From assembly GCA_964016885.1 (NCBI GenBank), contig OZ024741.1:103602001-103666000 (forward strand): DNA of 64,000 nucleotides, given 5' to 3'. The stretch's first letter is position 1. Each line of letters starts with the position of its first letter. The notes beneath the pieces were generated by a model, which saw only the letters and a list, made by a program, of their open reading frames with translations, had not been told where the DNA came from and made no database searches. Position numbers and translations under genes: made by a program. The stretch is from Eledone cirrhosa. Lineage: Eukaryota. This document shows positions 15,510-29,404 of this stretch, one piece after another.

Positions 15510-17792
15510 GAGGCACAGTTCACTTTAGCTAGAAATAAGATTAGACAAATAGTAGACAGGTATACTAAGAGACAGAGCAGACCAGAGGCCCAACAACTTG
15601 GGAGGAAACCTGTAGAAGGCTTGGTTAGCCTCAAGCAGCGCACAAGAGATGGTGAGGTAGTATGTCTACCCACGGATAAGTCTGGTAGGATGTCAATAGA
15701 TAGCATGCCGAACTACATTAAGGCTATGCAACCCCACATCACCAACACGAGCGAAATTGCACAACAAACACACGATGGGAGAGAGAAAATCCTCAACGCT
15801 CACATGATGATGTGGACTGACATCCTAAAGCCAAGCAGACGCACTGCCAACAACTTCCAGGCGTCTAACAATGGCATACCACCCTTGTATGGGCTCCGCA
15901 AAGACCACAAGACAGTCGACGACCCGACAACAGGACCACCAACAAGACCCGTATGCGGAGCTAATATAGCTAGTAACTACAGGATCTCCTACTTCCTCTC
16001 AATGGTTATACGCCCCATAATCAAGATGTCCCCAGATGTATGTGACAGTACAGAGGACCTCCTCAGCAGAATCAGTGAGTGCAACAAAAACAGGAACCTA
16101 TCCAACTGCATAATAGGCAGCATGGATGTGGTGTCACTGTACTCATCCATTAACATTGATTTTGCTGTGAAAAGATGTGTGGAGATGATCATTGAGAGTG
16201 AGGTGGAGTTCTGCGACGTCGACACAGACGAACTGGGCCTCCTACTTAGACTTACCTACGACACTGACTACCTAGACAGCCATGACCTTATACGTTTCTG
16301 CCCTAGTAGACCTATAAGAGGTAGACCCCCCACCATAACCTCAATGGCAAAAAAGACACCCATGGGAAGGTGGATTGGGTGGACCAAAGCTATACGGACC
16401 CCCCAAAACAATGATCAGGTAAGAAAAATGGTCGCACATGCAATAGGGGCTAGTATCAAAACTACCCTAAAGGGCCACATATTTAAGTTCAACGAGAAGA
16501 TCTACACCCAAAATGAGGGAGCAGCCATCGGTTTCAGCATAGCTGGTGATGTTGCCAACCTTTTCATGGTATGGTGGGAAAGGAGACTTAAAGATCTCCT
16601 TAATGAGAGCTCCATAGACCTCATCATGTACTCTCGTTATGTAGACGATATCAATATAGATATAAGAACACCCCCACTAGAGAGCACTAGCAAGTTTGAT
16701 TTAGAACGTAGCACGATGGAAAGCATCCAGCAGATAGCTAATTCCATACACCAGAGTATAACTGTAACTATCGACTTCCCTTCCAAACACCCTAACAATA
16801 GACTACCTGTATTAGACACAGAACTCTGGATTAACACTATAGACGAGAGAGCCCAAATTCTCCACTCACACTATGCTAAACCTATGGCCTCCAAATACCT
16901 GATACTCAAAAACTCAGCAATGTCCAGTAGTGCTAAGTTTAATATTCTGATCGCAGATTTGGTACGAGTGATGAAGAATGTGTCCCGTATGTGCGACCCA
17001 ACAGAAATGGAAAGACACATCCAATACTTCATCAACCGCATGCAGTTCTCTGGCTACAACCAAAGAGACAGAGTCAGAGTATACGAAGGAGCCATGGAGA
17101 AGTATAAGACCCTCATAGAACTGGACATGAAAGGAATTTGCCCATTATACAGAAGCAAATCATGGAATAGCTTAGATAGGGCTAGACATAAGATAGGGAA
17201 AGCCACCTCATGGTACGACAACCAGAAATACCAGAGTGTCATGTTTGTGGACGCTACCCCTGGAGGGAAATTAGCTAACCAGTGTAGAAAGGCCCTGAGA
17301 AAGACCCACTTAAAAATTAAGGTGGTAGAAAAGCCAGGAACGACCATAAAATCCCTGATCAGCAAAACCTACTCTTTTAAGAAAACCCACTGTACCAATA
17401 GGAAATGTATCATATGTAAGGTAAACCCCCGGATAAACTGTAAAACTAGAAACGTAGTCTATAGCATAAGATGTACAGAGGGTACTTGCAGAAACATGAC
17501 AACAACATACATAGGTGAGACAGCTCGTAGCATAGGTGAAAGGATAGACCAACACTGGGGGGAACTAAAAGGACGAAAAAACGGGTCAGTACTATACGAA
17601 CATGCTAGACAACAACATGACGGTAACATAGACAACATAGAAATTAGAATAATATCTAAACATAGAAATGACCCAGCAGATAGGCAAATCAGAGAGGCCA
17701 GTGAAACAGAAATTAGAAGACCAAGACTAAACAGAAAGAATGAATGGAATAACAACACCCAAACAAACAACACTGACCTAAGAGAAGTATAA
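15510..17792 (+). CDS. Penelope-like reverse transcriptase - Cys linker - GIY-YIG endonuclease (N-terminus missing)
   Basis: PTDKSG, LYGLRKDHK, PTRPVC, SMDVVSLYSSI, QNEGAAIG, RYVDD, LPVLD, HYAKP, CTNRKCIIC, VVYSIRC...C...YIGETAR...ERIDQH, H..QQH, E...LN; no stops over ~760 codons. Confidence 0.93.
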   Translation, partial: EAQFTLARNKIRQIVDRYTKRQSRPEAQQLGRKPVEGLVSLKQRTRDGEVVCLPTDKSGRMSIDSMPNYIKAMQPHITNTSEIAQQTHDGREKILNAHMMMWTDILKPSRRTANNFQASNNGIPPLYGLRKDHKTVDDPTTGPPTRPVCGANIASNYRISYFLSMVIRPIIKMSPDVCDSTEDLLSRISECNKNRNLSNCIIGSMDVVSLYSSINIDFAVKRCVEMIIESEVEFCDVDTDELGLLLRLTYDTDYLDSHDLIRFCPSRPIRGRPPTITSMAKKTPMGRWIGWTKAIRTPQNNDQVRKMVAHAIGASIKTTLKGHIFKFNEKIYTQNEGAAIGFSIAGDVANLFMVWWERRLKDLLNESSIDLIMYSRYVDDINIDIRTPPLESTSKFDLERSTMESIQQIANSIHQSITVTIDFPSKHPNNRLPVLDTELWINTIDERAQILHSHYAKPMASKYLILKNSAMSSSAKFNILIADLVRVMKNVSRMCDPTEMERHIQYFINRMQFSGYNQRDRVRVYEGAMEKYKTLIELDMKGICPLYRSKSWNSLDRARHKIGKATSWYDNQKYQSVMFVDATPGGKLANQCRKALRKTHLKIKVVEKPGTTIKSLISKTYSFKKTHCTNRKCIICKVNPRINCKTRNVVYSIRCTEGTCRNMTTTYIGETARSIGERIDQHWGELKGRKNGSVLYEHARQQHDGNIDNIEIRIISKHRNDPADRQIREASETEIRRPRLNRKNEWNNNTQTNNTDLREV

Positions 17793-17806
17793 ATAAGTAA
17801 ATAAAA

Positions 17807-17838
<32 letters not shown>

Positions 17839-18039
17839 ATACATACACAAGCACAATAACAACAAGCACATAAACACACACTAGTCACCCATCACACAGC
17901 AAACAAAACACTATACACACACGCAAACGCATGCGCAAAGAAGACAAAATAAAATAAACAAACAAGCAAATAAATAAATAAATATATATATACAGATTGA
18001 ATAAAAATGGCGTAGACATACAATACAACAGGAGGAAAA

Positions 18040-18095
18040 GATAGCACAACTGACGATGTTGCAGATGTGCAACGAAAGATTTATGATAAACTATA
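18040..18095 (+). ncRNA. hammerhead-like core in the PLE 3' pseudo-LTR
   Basis: CTGACGA-t-GTTGCA-gatg-TGCAAC-GAAA, conserved in copies at 22560 (+) and 41516-41543 (-); stems I and III are not cleanly formed. Confidence 0.45.
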
Positions 18096-18288
18096 TATAT
18101 GTGTTTGTGTCTATATTGTATCTGTATTATTTTTGACCGTCGGTCAGTCAATGGCAACATTGAGGACCGAGTAAGTTAGATTACCGATATAAAAGACACA
18201 GAAGCGAGAAGCGAAAACCAACCAAACAGTGAGTGTGTTCTGTTATTAATTCTGGCAATATTACACAAATATGACCCTCCCCAAGTAT

Positions 18289-18341
<53 letters not shown>

Positions 18342-18368
18342 TATGTATATATATATATATATACAAAC

Positions 18369-18554
<186 letters not shown>

Positions 18555-18668
18555 TTGAGTGGGCCGTGGTCGCAGGATTTGAAAAACTTCGCCAGGTGGT
18601 GTTATTAAGTATGACATGGCCTAGGCCAATAGCCGAAACCTATCATAGTTGTATATATATACAATATA

Positions 18669-18701
<33 letters not shown>

Positions 18702-18749
18702 AACCAGTAGGACCCCGACAGCTGAGCTCAAGCCGTTTCGACGGCTAAT

Positions 18750-18787
<38 letters not shown>

Positions 18788-19222
18788 CGAAGGAAATGTG
18801 GTAAGGAACCAGATGGACCATAACGCACCAAAGTACTCAATACTTAGGGTAGTAGAGTGGGTAATAGGAACGAGTAGGACTCCGACGGCTGAGCTGAAGC
18901 AGTTTCGACCGTCGAAACGGCTTGAGCTCAGCCGTCGGGGTCCTACTCGTTCCTATATATATATATATATAACCTATTTAAGATATCTACATGTGACTGA
19001 GTATTCCACAGATACGTGCATCGATAACATAGTTCTCAGGGAGATTCGGCGTGTTACTATGTGTGAGAAGGTTGACGCCATGTATTAGACACACAACTCA
19101 TTTGTCCTAGATGAGTGGATTGGAAAATATATATATAGTGTCTCGCTGAATCTCCCTGAGAACTATGTTATGGATGCACTTATCTGTGGAATACTCAGTC
19201 ACATGTAGATATCTCGAGTAGG

Positions 19223-19318
<96 letters not shown>

Positions 19319-19626
19319 CTATATATATATATAGTTATATATAGGAAGTAAGTCATAAATACAGCCAAAATGTCAGTGTTGCGACTTCAAAGAGAACTGA
19401 TTAAAAATAAAAACTTCTGTAAGATTGCTAGTGTTTAGCTACTCCCTATGTAATTACTGCCTTTCAACTCCCCCTCTCTCACTCAGTATTTAATTTCTCT
19501 CTACCACTCAACCCTTCCATCTCTTCTTCTTCTTTTGTTAGATTGGTAGCGTTTAGGTACACCCTATCTAATTACTGTCACTCTCTTTCTTTGTCTTTCT
19601 TTGTCTCTATTTTTCTCCTTTTCTTT

Positions 19627-19657
<31 letters not shown>

Positions 19658-19663
<6 letters not shown>

Positions 19664-19737
19664 GTCCCCCAAAAATGTATACATACTTCAACGGCATTGT
19701 AATCAAAGCGTGTATACATTTTTGGGGGACACCCTGT
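19658..19737. mobile_element. ~80-bp mariner-type mini-MITE
   Basis: TIR (C)AGGGTGTCCCCCAAAAATGTATACA at both ends with TA flanks; copies at 26304-26385 and 50603-50682. Confidence 0.85.
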
Positions 19738-20439
19738 ATATATATATATATATATATATCCACCATTTCCCTAATCTCTCTCTTTTTCTTTTACTCCCAC
19801 TACGATATGTACCTATTTATCTGATATAGCAATCCCTCTCTTCCTTTCTTTGTCTCCTCTCTCTCTCCCTCTCAGTCTCTTTCTCTTTCCCTATTCCTCT
19901 TTCACTCTCTCTCTTTCTTTCTGTCTATTTACCAGTACGTCCCATTCTTATTGTCATTGGCTTCATATGTGTCTGTGTGTATAAATATATATATGTGTGT
20001 GTGTGCGTGTGCGTGTGTGTGAAGCATTCAGGACCCCGACGGCTGAGCTCCTGCCGTTTCAACAGCTAGATACCAACGGATTATTACCCACTCTACTACC
20101 CAAGTATCGAATACTCTGGTGAGTAATTGTCTAACTGGTTTTTACTGCATCCATTCTGATTTATATATATATATAGATACATATGTATAAACACACACAT
20201 ATATATGGGGGTGGGGGTGGGTAATAATTTATTCATAAAGCCGGTACAATGTGCTAGAAATATATAAAGGGCAAATGATGACAAATAAAAGAAAACAAAG
20301 TAATGTTTTGTACCCAGTGTATTCTAACATAACATTTCAGATTATACCTTCTTTTCAAATGCAAAACAAAAACGGTGCAAAACAGAATGAACGATGTAAT
20401 CTTCCTTAACTGGTTCAAGTATCTGGATTGCGCTTGTAT

Positions 20440-20665
20440 GCATGTATGGATGGATGGATGGATGTATGGATGGATGGATGTATGGATGGATGGATGGATG
20501 GATGTATGGATGGATGGATGGATGTATGTATGTATGTATGGATGGATGGATGTATGGATGGATGGATGTATGGATGTATGGATGGATGGATGTATGGATG
20601 GATGGATGGATGGATGGATGGATGTATGTATGGATGGATGGATGGATGGATGTATGGATGGATGG
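20440..20665. repeat. (GGAT)n/(GTAT)n compound microsatellite
   Basis: Direct reading. Confidence 0.95.
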
Positions 20666-20970
20666 AGCCGTAAATTTTAAGTCTGGCGGAAGCCAGTCCC
20701 TTTCCAGGTCTGAACAGATCCTGTTTCTTCTAGACAAGGAGAGAGATAGGAAGAATCAACCCTAGTAATTGACTGATACTTTTTTTTATCGATCTCGAAA
20801 AGATGAAAGGCAAAGGCAAAGATGACCAGATTGTGAAACTAGGGAGAAGAGAGCTAGAACGAATGCCTCAAAGCGTTCAATTCGATGTTTCAACGATTCT
20901 GCCAATTCATGTATATATGTATTACTTTTGGTAGGAGTCGAAACTGTGTATGTCTCGTTACCCATGGGGT

Positions 20971-21007
<37 letters not shown>

Positions 21008-21162
21008 ATGTGGACTAACCAGGTTTGCTTATGCATCACCCCAATCAGTAATCGATGATGCAATTTGATTCAAGTTATGTGTATTCTTCCAAATCCGATT
21101 TCGTACCCCATGACGGAGTATATGTATACAATAAAGATAATTTTGAAGGCCAGATGTAAATA

Positions 21163-21630
21163 TTCATAATTCATTTTATTCCTAATAAGCCATAATACGT
21201 ATTTCTGTGGTGTTAATGATTATGTAATGCTATCATCACCCAGCCGTCAACACGATTTTATCAGACAGCATCTTAAGTAACAAGAGTGTTATGTAACATT
21301 TCTAATACCATACGATAGTCTGTACTGCATTAGAAATATTACACAATAGGCTTATACCTTCAGATGCTATCTGATGAAGTCTGTTGGTGGTTGCGTGAAG
21401 GCAGCATTACATGTTTATTAAAGCCACAGAAATACGTATTATGGCTTATTAGGAATTTAATGAATTATGAAATGTGCATTATGACAGATATAGATATTCA
21501 TAATTCATTCTATTCATAATGTATCATAATGCATATTTCTGTGGCTTTAATAAACATGTAATGTTGCCATCCCGCAACCACCAAAGACTTCATCAGACAG
21601 CATCTGAAGGAATAAGGCTATTGTGTAACA
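21163..21630. mobile_element. three alternating-orientation copies of a hammerhead-bearing unit (family D)
   Basis: Minus 21163-21308, plus 21328-21472, minus 21495-21630. Confidence 0.7.
21366..21445 (+). ncRNA. type I minimal hammerhead-like ribozyme with a long irregular stem II
   Basis: gctat-CTGATGA-...-GAAA-tacgta-TT-atggc; stem I gctat/atggc; palindromic TACGTA at stem III. Confidence 0.6.
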
Positions 21631-21766
21631 TATATATGTATGTGTATATATATATATATGTTGGTGTGTGTGTGTATTTTATGTAAGAACTACACATAAA
21701 GTTTCTACCATAATAATGGATTAATACATGTATATATATATAAATATATATACAGACACAGACACA

Positions 21767-21820
<54 letters not shown>

Positions 21821-22124
21821 TACATACATACATACATACATACATACATACATACATACATACATACATACATACATACATACATACATACATACATACG
21901 AAACACGCGTGCTCACACTCATTTATTAATCCATTATTATGGTAGAAACTTAAGTGTAGTTCTTATATAAAATCGTTGTAGGATTTGAATTTACATAGGA
22001 GCACTTTAAAGTGGGTAGTTACATACACACACACAGACATATATATGTGTATATATATGTATATATATATATATATATAGATAGAGAGAGAGAGAGAAGG
22101 GGGGAGAGAGAAAGAGAGAGAGAG

Positions 22125-22217
<93 letters not shown>

Positions 22218-22371
22218 GAGAGAGATACAAAGATAGATAGATTCATGCATATATACATAGATATGTTCTACGTCTCTCAATTGCGAGTAATATGGCTGGT
22301 ATTTCTGTGTGTATGTTGTGTATATATATATTTATTTCTTCTCTTGTTTCGTCCATACTACCATCTTAAAC

Positions 22372-22420
<49 letters not shown>

Positions 22421-22422
<2 letters not shown>

Positions 22423-22793
22423 CGGCGATGAATTAGTTTTGCGAGGTTTTTATATGAAGACGAAATAAAATAAACAAACAAGCAAATAAATAAATATATA
22501 GACAGACTGAATAAAAATGGCGTAGACATACAACACAACAGGAGGAAAATATAACACCACTGACGATGTTGCAGATGTGCAACGAAAGATTTATGATAAA
22601 CTATATATATGTGTTTGTGTCTATATTGTATCTGCATTATTTTTGACCGTCGGTCAGTCAATGGCAACATTGAGGACCGAGTAAGTTAGATTACCGATAT
22701 AAAAGACAGCGAGAAGCGAAAACCAACCAAACAGTGAGTGTGTTCTGTTATTAATTCTGGCAATATTACGCAAATATGACCCTCCCCAAGTAT

Positions 22794-22800
<7 letters not shown>
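22421..22800 (+). mobile_element. ORF-less copy of the PLE 3' pseudo-LTR with an inverted tail
   Basis: 22456-22800 is nearly identical to 17940-18295; 22421-22456 matches 15430-15465; flanked by (TA)n. Confidence 0.9.
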
Positions 22801-22887
<87 letters not shown>

Positions 22888-23481
22888 TGCCTGTTATTTT
22901 GATACCATGTGGAGTTAATTCATACGTCTTCCTTGGGCAGGTAACTAGTAATTGTGTAGGATGAGAAATATGTAGAAAGATACTAGTAATTTTTTCTGCC
23001 CATTCTTTGTTTTGATATCCTTTTACCAACTGAGTGGTTCTCCAATTTGTTGCACAAACTGGCATTACAAGTGCAATACATTCTTCATGCTCGAAACTGC
23101 ACTCCAGCAAGGTGACTGACAAGGAAGTCATGCAATTGTCTGTTTCTCATATGTAACTGTTTTTCTGTGTGCATTTTGTACAATGATAAAGGGTTTTTCT
23201 CGACAACTATATATAACATATTAATACTCATTTATAAGTCAGTAAAATGTTTAAGTGAATTCTATACTTATCACAGAGATTCGCACGTATAGAAAAAATG
23301 AAACAACTATGAAAATAGCTCTTCTGTGTTTTTAAAAACGATTTAAAGTGGTTGTCACGTGATCTTGATCATTATTACAAAAGATATGTATGTGTGTGAG
23401 TGCATGTGTGTACATTGCGGTTTTATGACACTGTTCAGGTTCACATTTGTCTACGAGTACACACACACACACGCACATATG

Positions 23482-23529
<48 letters not shown>

Positions 23530-23649
23530 AGAGAGAAAGAGAGAGTGAAAGAGATGGAGAGCTCTATGGCGACTGAATATTCCATTACAAAGGAAATAAA
23601 GGAATACAAAACAAATGCCAAAACGTTTTACCAGGCAAAGAATATCTTA

Positions 23650-23838
23650 TTGCTTTGGCAGTATCGGTAAAGCCTCAGACACCATGCTTTGCAGCATAAA
23701 GTTATGGCCCTTTGCGTTCTGAGTTCAAATCCCGCCGAGGTTAACTTTGACTTTCATCATTACGTGGGTCGATAAAATAAAGTACCAGTAATGCACTGGA
23801 ATAATTGCTGGCCATGTGACAAAAGTAGAAACAATTAT
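23650..23838 (+). mobile_element. SINE family 1
   Basis: Homologous to 35718-35905. Confidence 0.8.
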
Positions 23839-24494
23839 AATTAATACGATAATTTCATTGAAATCTCATATATCATATTTTTACCAAGGTTTATCTAATG
23901 CTGACAAATACTTAAATACGTGTGCGACTGCACATATACACTCATATGTATATACATACATTCATACATACATACATTTTCAGAAAGTCAGCATGTAATA
24001 ACATGTTTCTATATCTATGCATACGTATAGATATAGAAACATATGCACGTGTACACATATAACTCAAAATATACACACCCTACCTGCATATACACACAAA
24101 ACCACAAACACAAACATACGTATTTACCTTGATATCTGAATTCCAATGAAAGAGTCATAATTCGGTGTTAGAAACCGACTCTCTGTCTATTGGTGAAAAT
24201 TTATAAAATAATAAGACCATCATACATACATGCCTGTACTTCAAGCTTTTATAAGTGAAGAAAGGCCTTGCACTGAACCAACCACACTCTCTGAACAACG
24301 GTGACAGGTATCCAAAAGGAAGAACATAACATCATTGGCTGCGATTGAGTTGCAGGTTTTACATCAGAGTTTTCCTTCTTCTAGAATGAAGCCTAACAAG
24401 AACTAGGGGTCTCTCATTCGCGGTGGGCTAATCGCGTGCTCGGTCTCCAAACCGAGTACTTCTATGAGCCCGCGCATGCATACGTGCACACATG

Positions 24495-24810
24495 ATGTCT
24501 GCCCCCTCGTTATCGAGTATGGCCATCGCACGATATACCATTATTAATAATTATTAATTAATTCTATCGTGCAATGCCTGTGCGTGCAGATATTTTTTTA
24601 AAGTGAGGAAAGACTGTGCACTGAGCCAATCCCACTCTCTAAGCCACAGTAGCTATAACCGGAAAAGAAGAAAAGATCAACATCATCGGTAACTACTGAG
24701 CTGCAGGTTTTATATTGGAGTTATCCCAGTTTCCTGAGTTGCCTTTGCCTAGAAGAATGCCCTGACAAAGGCTAGGGGTCCTTCACTGCCGGTGGTTGAA
24801 CCGGGCGGTA
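24495..24810 (-). mobile_element. non-coding RTE-derived-like repeat, subfamily b
   Basis: Close match to 52481-52805; reverse complement is homologous to the 26610/51754 family. Confidence 0.6.
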
Positions 24811-24843
24811 CATGTCTATATACATATTTACACATACATACAT

Positions 24844-24877
<34 letters not shown>

Positions 24878-26436
24878 GGAAGATTATCCAGAGTCTGAGA
24901 GAGTCAACAATCACCATCGGTACATCACTTTTCTCCAGACGAAACGACTAAAAAAGATGTCTTCACCTTAACAGCCGTCCAACATAGGTCATCTGTAGAA
25001 GCACTGATTGACCCAATAACTGCGCAGCAAGAACAAAAAATAAGTCATAAAAATAGCTAAATCCGGGGGTTAGTCGTGTGGCTTAGACGTTATAGTGTCA
25101 AGGTCCTGATCGTAATGTCGTGGGTTCGATTGCCGAATCACACAAGACGTTGTGTTTTTTAGCAATAAATTTCATTCTTATGTTGGCGTCCTGTCTAGTG
25201 AGAAATGTCTTGGGCCAAACTTTAACTATTTTAACCCCAAATTTAGCTTCAAAAAGGGTTGCAATTGAGGTAATAATTTACAAAGGTGAATAAACCATAA
25301 TAATACGCCATGCGTGCTTATATATTAAATAATTTCTTCTGTAACGCTTTTAAATTTACACATACAATTCACGCACACACACACTATCGCAGTCACGTTG
25401 CTACAATAAAATGTTTGTTTTCCAATCGCAAGGACCTGGGTTCTAACACTATATTTGTCACCAATAATTATTAATTTTCTAAATTTGATCATGTGTGTCA
25501 TTTGTACATGTTTTCTGATCATTTATGTAATTATATCCTAGAAATATATTTCTAAATTAACATTCTTATATTTAATCGTTTCTATGTGTCGGTAATCAAC
25601 ATAAAATATCGGGGCAAGCCATTAATTTATCAAAACACATATTTCTCAGTCTGTGCCATCGTCCATATGTCGTAGGGGTGCCGTATTGGCATAGGGTCAC
25701 CCTATTGACATACGGCGTTTCTTGGGCATATTAAGCCTGGCGGAGCCAACCCCAATCCAGGTCTAAGTACAGCAGATTTCTTCCAGAGAAAGATAGAAAG
25801 TGAGAGAGAGGAAATGTCCGGTAATCCTGGTATATATGGCACACCAAGCCTGAACTCCAAAAATGAAATATGTTTAACGCTTTTGCCGTCATTATTGATC
25901 GCACTGATCCATTAGTTACTGTAATAACTAACTAACACTGTTCAAAGAGATACGTTCATATATACAGCATTAATTGGTACAATTAATAATTGTACAGTCA
26001 GTGTAATTAGTTGACTGGATTAAATGAATTAGCAGGGTCGGTAGGGCGTCGATTGAAATGCTACGGTATTTCTGAGTTCAAATCCCCTCGAAGTCAACTT
26101 TGCCTTTCTGTTTTTCAGAATCGTTTGATTAAAGTACCAGTACCTGTCCTGGAGCGGTGGATTGACAGAATTATTAAAAAGATGGCTAGGATGCTTTACA
26201 GTATCTAGGTCCTATCCGACGACTGGCTCCTTTCATTATGTATATATATTTATATATATATATTTATATATATATATTTATATATATATATTTATATATA
26301 TATACAGGGTTTCTCAAAAAATGTATACACATATTTATTAGAATGCTGTTGAAGTGTGTATACATTTTTGGGAGAGATACCCTGTATATATGTGTGTGTG
26401 TGTGTACATATATATATATATGTATATATATGTATA

Positions 26437-26511
<75 letters not shown>

Positions 26512-26540
26512 GTATATATATATATATGTATATATATATG

Positions 26541-26593
<53 letters not shown>

Positions 26594-26609
26594 ATATATA
26601 TATATATTC

Positions 26610-27018
26610 GGGAGAGATGACCCCATTAGCCTTTGTCAAGGCAGAATTCTAGGAGAAGGAAAACTCTGATATAACACCTGCAACCCTGATGGTATCCAAT
26701 GATGTTGACTTGTTCTTCTTTTTGGTAAATATCATCTTGGTTAAGAGAGTGGGACTGGCTTTGTGCAGTGCCTTTGCTCACTATAAAAGCTTCACGGCAC
26801 AGGCATTGCTTTATATCTGGAGATCGCTCTGCACTTGTCGTCACATGGTACCATGGGCCCAGCACTATGTGTCAATAATGTCACAAGTGTAGTGTTTGTA
26901 CCAGAGTTTTCAAGTCGCTGGCTGGACTAAAAAGTCACACTCTTTCATCGCATTTGTAGGGGTTCTCCTACATGGATATAAAGTAGTGGCCGTACTCGAA
27001 AACGAGTTGGCAGCCACC

Positions 27019-27020
<2 letters not shown>
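26610..27020 (+). mobile_element. non-coding RTE-derived-like repeat, subfamily a (5'-truncated)
   Basis: Near-identical to 51919-52330, same 3' end ...cgagttggcagccaccata. Confidence 0.7.
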
Positions 27021-27113
<93 letters not shown>

Positions 27114-27726
27114 CATTTCATTTCTTTTTAAATATAGAACCTAATACACACATAACTAACGCTATCGACATTGTGGTACCTGAAGTTACGTATGTTACTT
27201 ACACACATATAGATACCTATTCTCACTCTTTATATAATTGTTGGTTCGGGACGGATTTCCAGAGAAGCTAGACTGAAGGATCTACTTACGATATAAGCTG
27301 CAAATAAAATAGCTCTAGAGTAGCAATGAAAAGATAGAGAGAGAAAATGAGAATGAAGAATAATAAGATAAAAATGAAAAGAATATAAGAAGGGAGTTAG
27401 TAGGAGAATAGAGAGATGGGGCGAGAAAAGAAGGATAGCAAACATGAGAAAGGGAGAGACGAAATGCAAGAGAGAATGAGTGTAAGGTTTACAAGTGGTA
27501 ACAAAATTATTGACAATACATAAGTTAATATGTGTTGGTTAAGTGTGGCAGTTTACCTGATGGGCGTTGATATCGCATGTAACCAATACGGATAAACACC
27601 CAATGGAATGAGAATTGAGGTTGACACCTGGGTATTTAGTGCCCTAGTCTCGCTCTACAGTGTGCGCCCCATTCTCTAAAATTATATAATCCAACATACT
27701 GTTTGGTAAACACATAATCCTAGTTT

Positions 27727-27789
<63 letters not shown>

Positions 27790-27934
27790 TGGTAGATTGG
27801 TAGGTAGTTAGGAGGGTAGGTAGGCAGGCAGGTAGGTAGGTAGGCAAACAGGCAGATACATAGATAAACAATTAAATAGCTTGTCACGTGTCACCAATCA
27901 CGTGTCTAACTTTTTTAAGTAGGAAAGAAACGTT

Positions 27935-28770
27935 TTATTAATAAAAATCAAAATATCATAAACAAATCTATTTCAAATAACAACACTACAGATATGTAAC
28001 AACGGGAAATGAAGGGAAAAACAAGAGCTCTAGGGTCACAGAAGAATGTGAGTGTGGTGGACTCTAGGCTTAGGGCACAGTGGTGTTGGGGCTGTGCCCT
28101 GCGGACAAGACCGCAAAAGCATTTCCGTAGACAATGACCAGCGGCACTCGCTGCAACAGCCACCCCCACCTCGCGGGGTTCCTTCCTCGAACGGGCTGCT
28201 GACGTTCCGATCTTGGGGAGGAGCTCGGCAGTACGGAGTCCAAGTACGCCTGAGGTATGGAGGGTGACCGGTGCGAAGAAGAAGCGGTCGGTATTTGTTT
28301 GTCTTCTTTTCCTCTGCATTGCGGGCTACAGTACCGGGGTTTGTGGCCGAAGCGACTACGTTGGAGGCGGAGAACGTGTCCCAACATGTAGCGTCCCAGA
28401 TAAGGGATCTACCTCCTTCGAATGAGAAGAGGGTAATTCCGTTAGGGCGCTTGCCGTCTCCGCGGTCAAGGCTTGCTGGCTCCAGTTGTGATGGGAAGCC
28501 AGTTGCGTCCAGGCTCCTTCTCAATATGTCGTTGAGAGCGACATGTCGAGGGTACCGGCCTGCGATCTGGCGGCAAGACAATGGGTGCATGCAGAACTTG
28601 TTAACGACCGCCCCGCAGCAGCATTTATGTGGCTCACACACGCGGAGTCCGAGGCGTTGGGCCACTTCGATACGAGTACACTCGACATCAAGAAGGGCAC
28701 TGGTCGATGAAGAAGGCACTGAATTGAGCCACGCACCGTTTTTTGGTTTTGAAGCGGGGTGCAGACAGGT
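27935..28770 (-). mobile_element. second CRE-like LINE 3' fragment, frameshifted
   Basis: RLGLRVCEPHKCCCG...HPLSC...RHVALND...EP...GDGKRPNG...LIWDATCWDT; C-terminus continues in other frames (TSGVLG, LLQRVPLVIVYGNA). Confidence 0.8.
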
Positions 28771-29326
28771 GTAGTGGTGTACATAAACTTGTTAAATCTC
28801 AAATATCCTTCCCAGATAAAAATTATTCATAAAAATTATTCAGAGTATTCTATACATATAAGATAAAGTTGACAGTGACTTCGAAATTCCGTCTTTGGTC
28901 GGCTTCGTCAGACAAATTTAAAGGATAAGATAGATTTTTTTTATTGTATTGATCTTTTATTGGTCTCAGTCATTACACTGCACACATGCTGGGGCACCGA
29001 CTTGATTTAGTAGATCATATCGACCCCGTTCTAGGACTAATTTTATCGAACTGTTTTGTTAAACAGCTAAATTACGGATCATAAACACAGGCATAAACGT
29101 AAACATAGACATGAAGGCACTCACATACACATATATATATATATTTACACGCATATATATTATATATATTTATATATTCATATTTTATGCAAGTGTGTAT
29201 ATATATATATATATGTATTTGTCTCAGATATACAGAGAATATCAGCCAGAGAATTATATATACTATACATATATACAATAACTTTTACAAAGTTAGGAGG
29301 TCTGCACTTAACTAACTTTGTAAATG

Positions 29327-29404
<78 letters not shown>

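Larger units (their letters stand above)
15430..18295 (+). mobile_element. Penelope-like retroelement (C-terminal endonuclease type, Neptune/Nematis-like), 5'-truncated with an inverted terminal segment, in (TA)n
   Basis: RT+GIY-YIG ORF, 3' pseudo-LTR 17793-18295, inverted terminus 15430-15509 (reverse complement of tgaccctccccaagtataacaatat + tail). Confidence 0.92.

Noticed and set aside
15510-17792. Naiad-type selenoprotein PLE
   Set aside because: No in-frame TGA, and the endonuclease is C-terminal rather than N-terminal
22885-23200. Possible second exon or coding remnant on the minus strand
   Set aside because: No Wnt motifs or recognisable domain, and no convincing splice-site pair
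25065-25140. Possible tRNA gene
   Set aside because: A/B-box-like motifs but no acceptor stem; continues into SINE body sequence
28880-28915. Minus-strand CTGACGA hammerhead candidate
   Set aside because: No properly placed GAAA or stems
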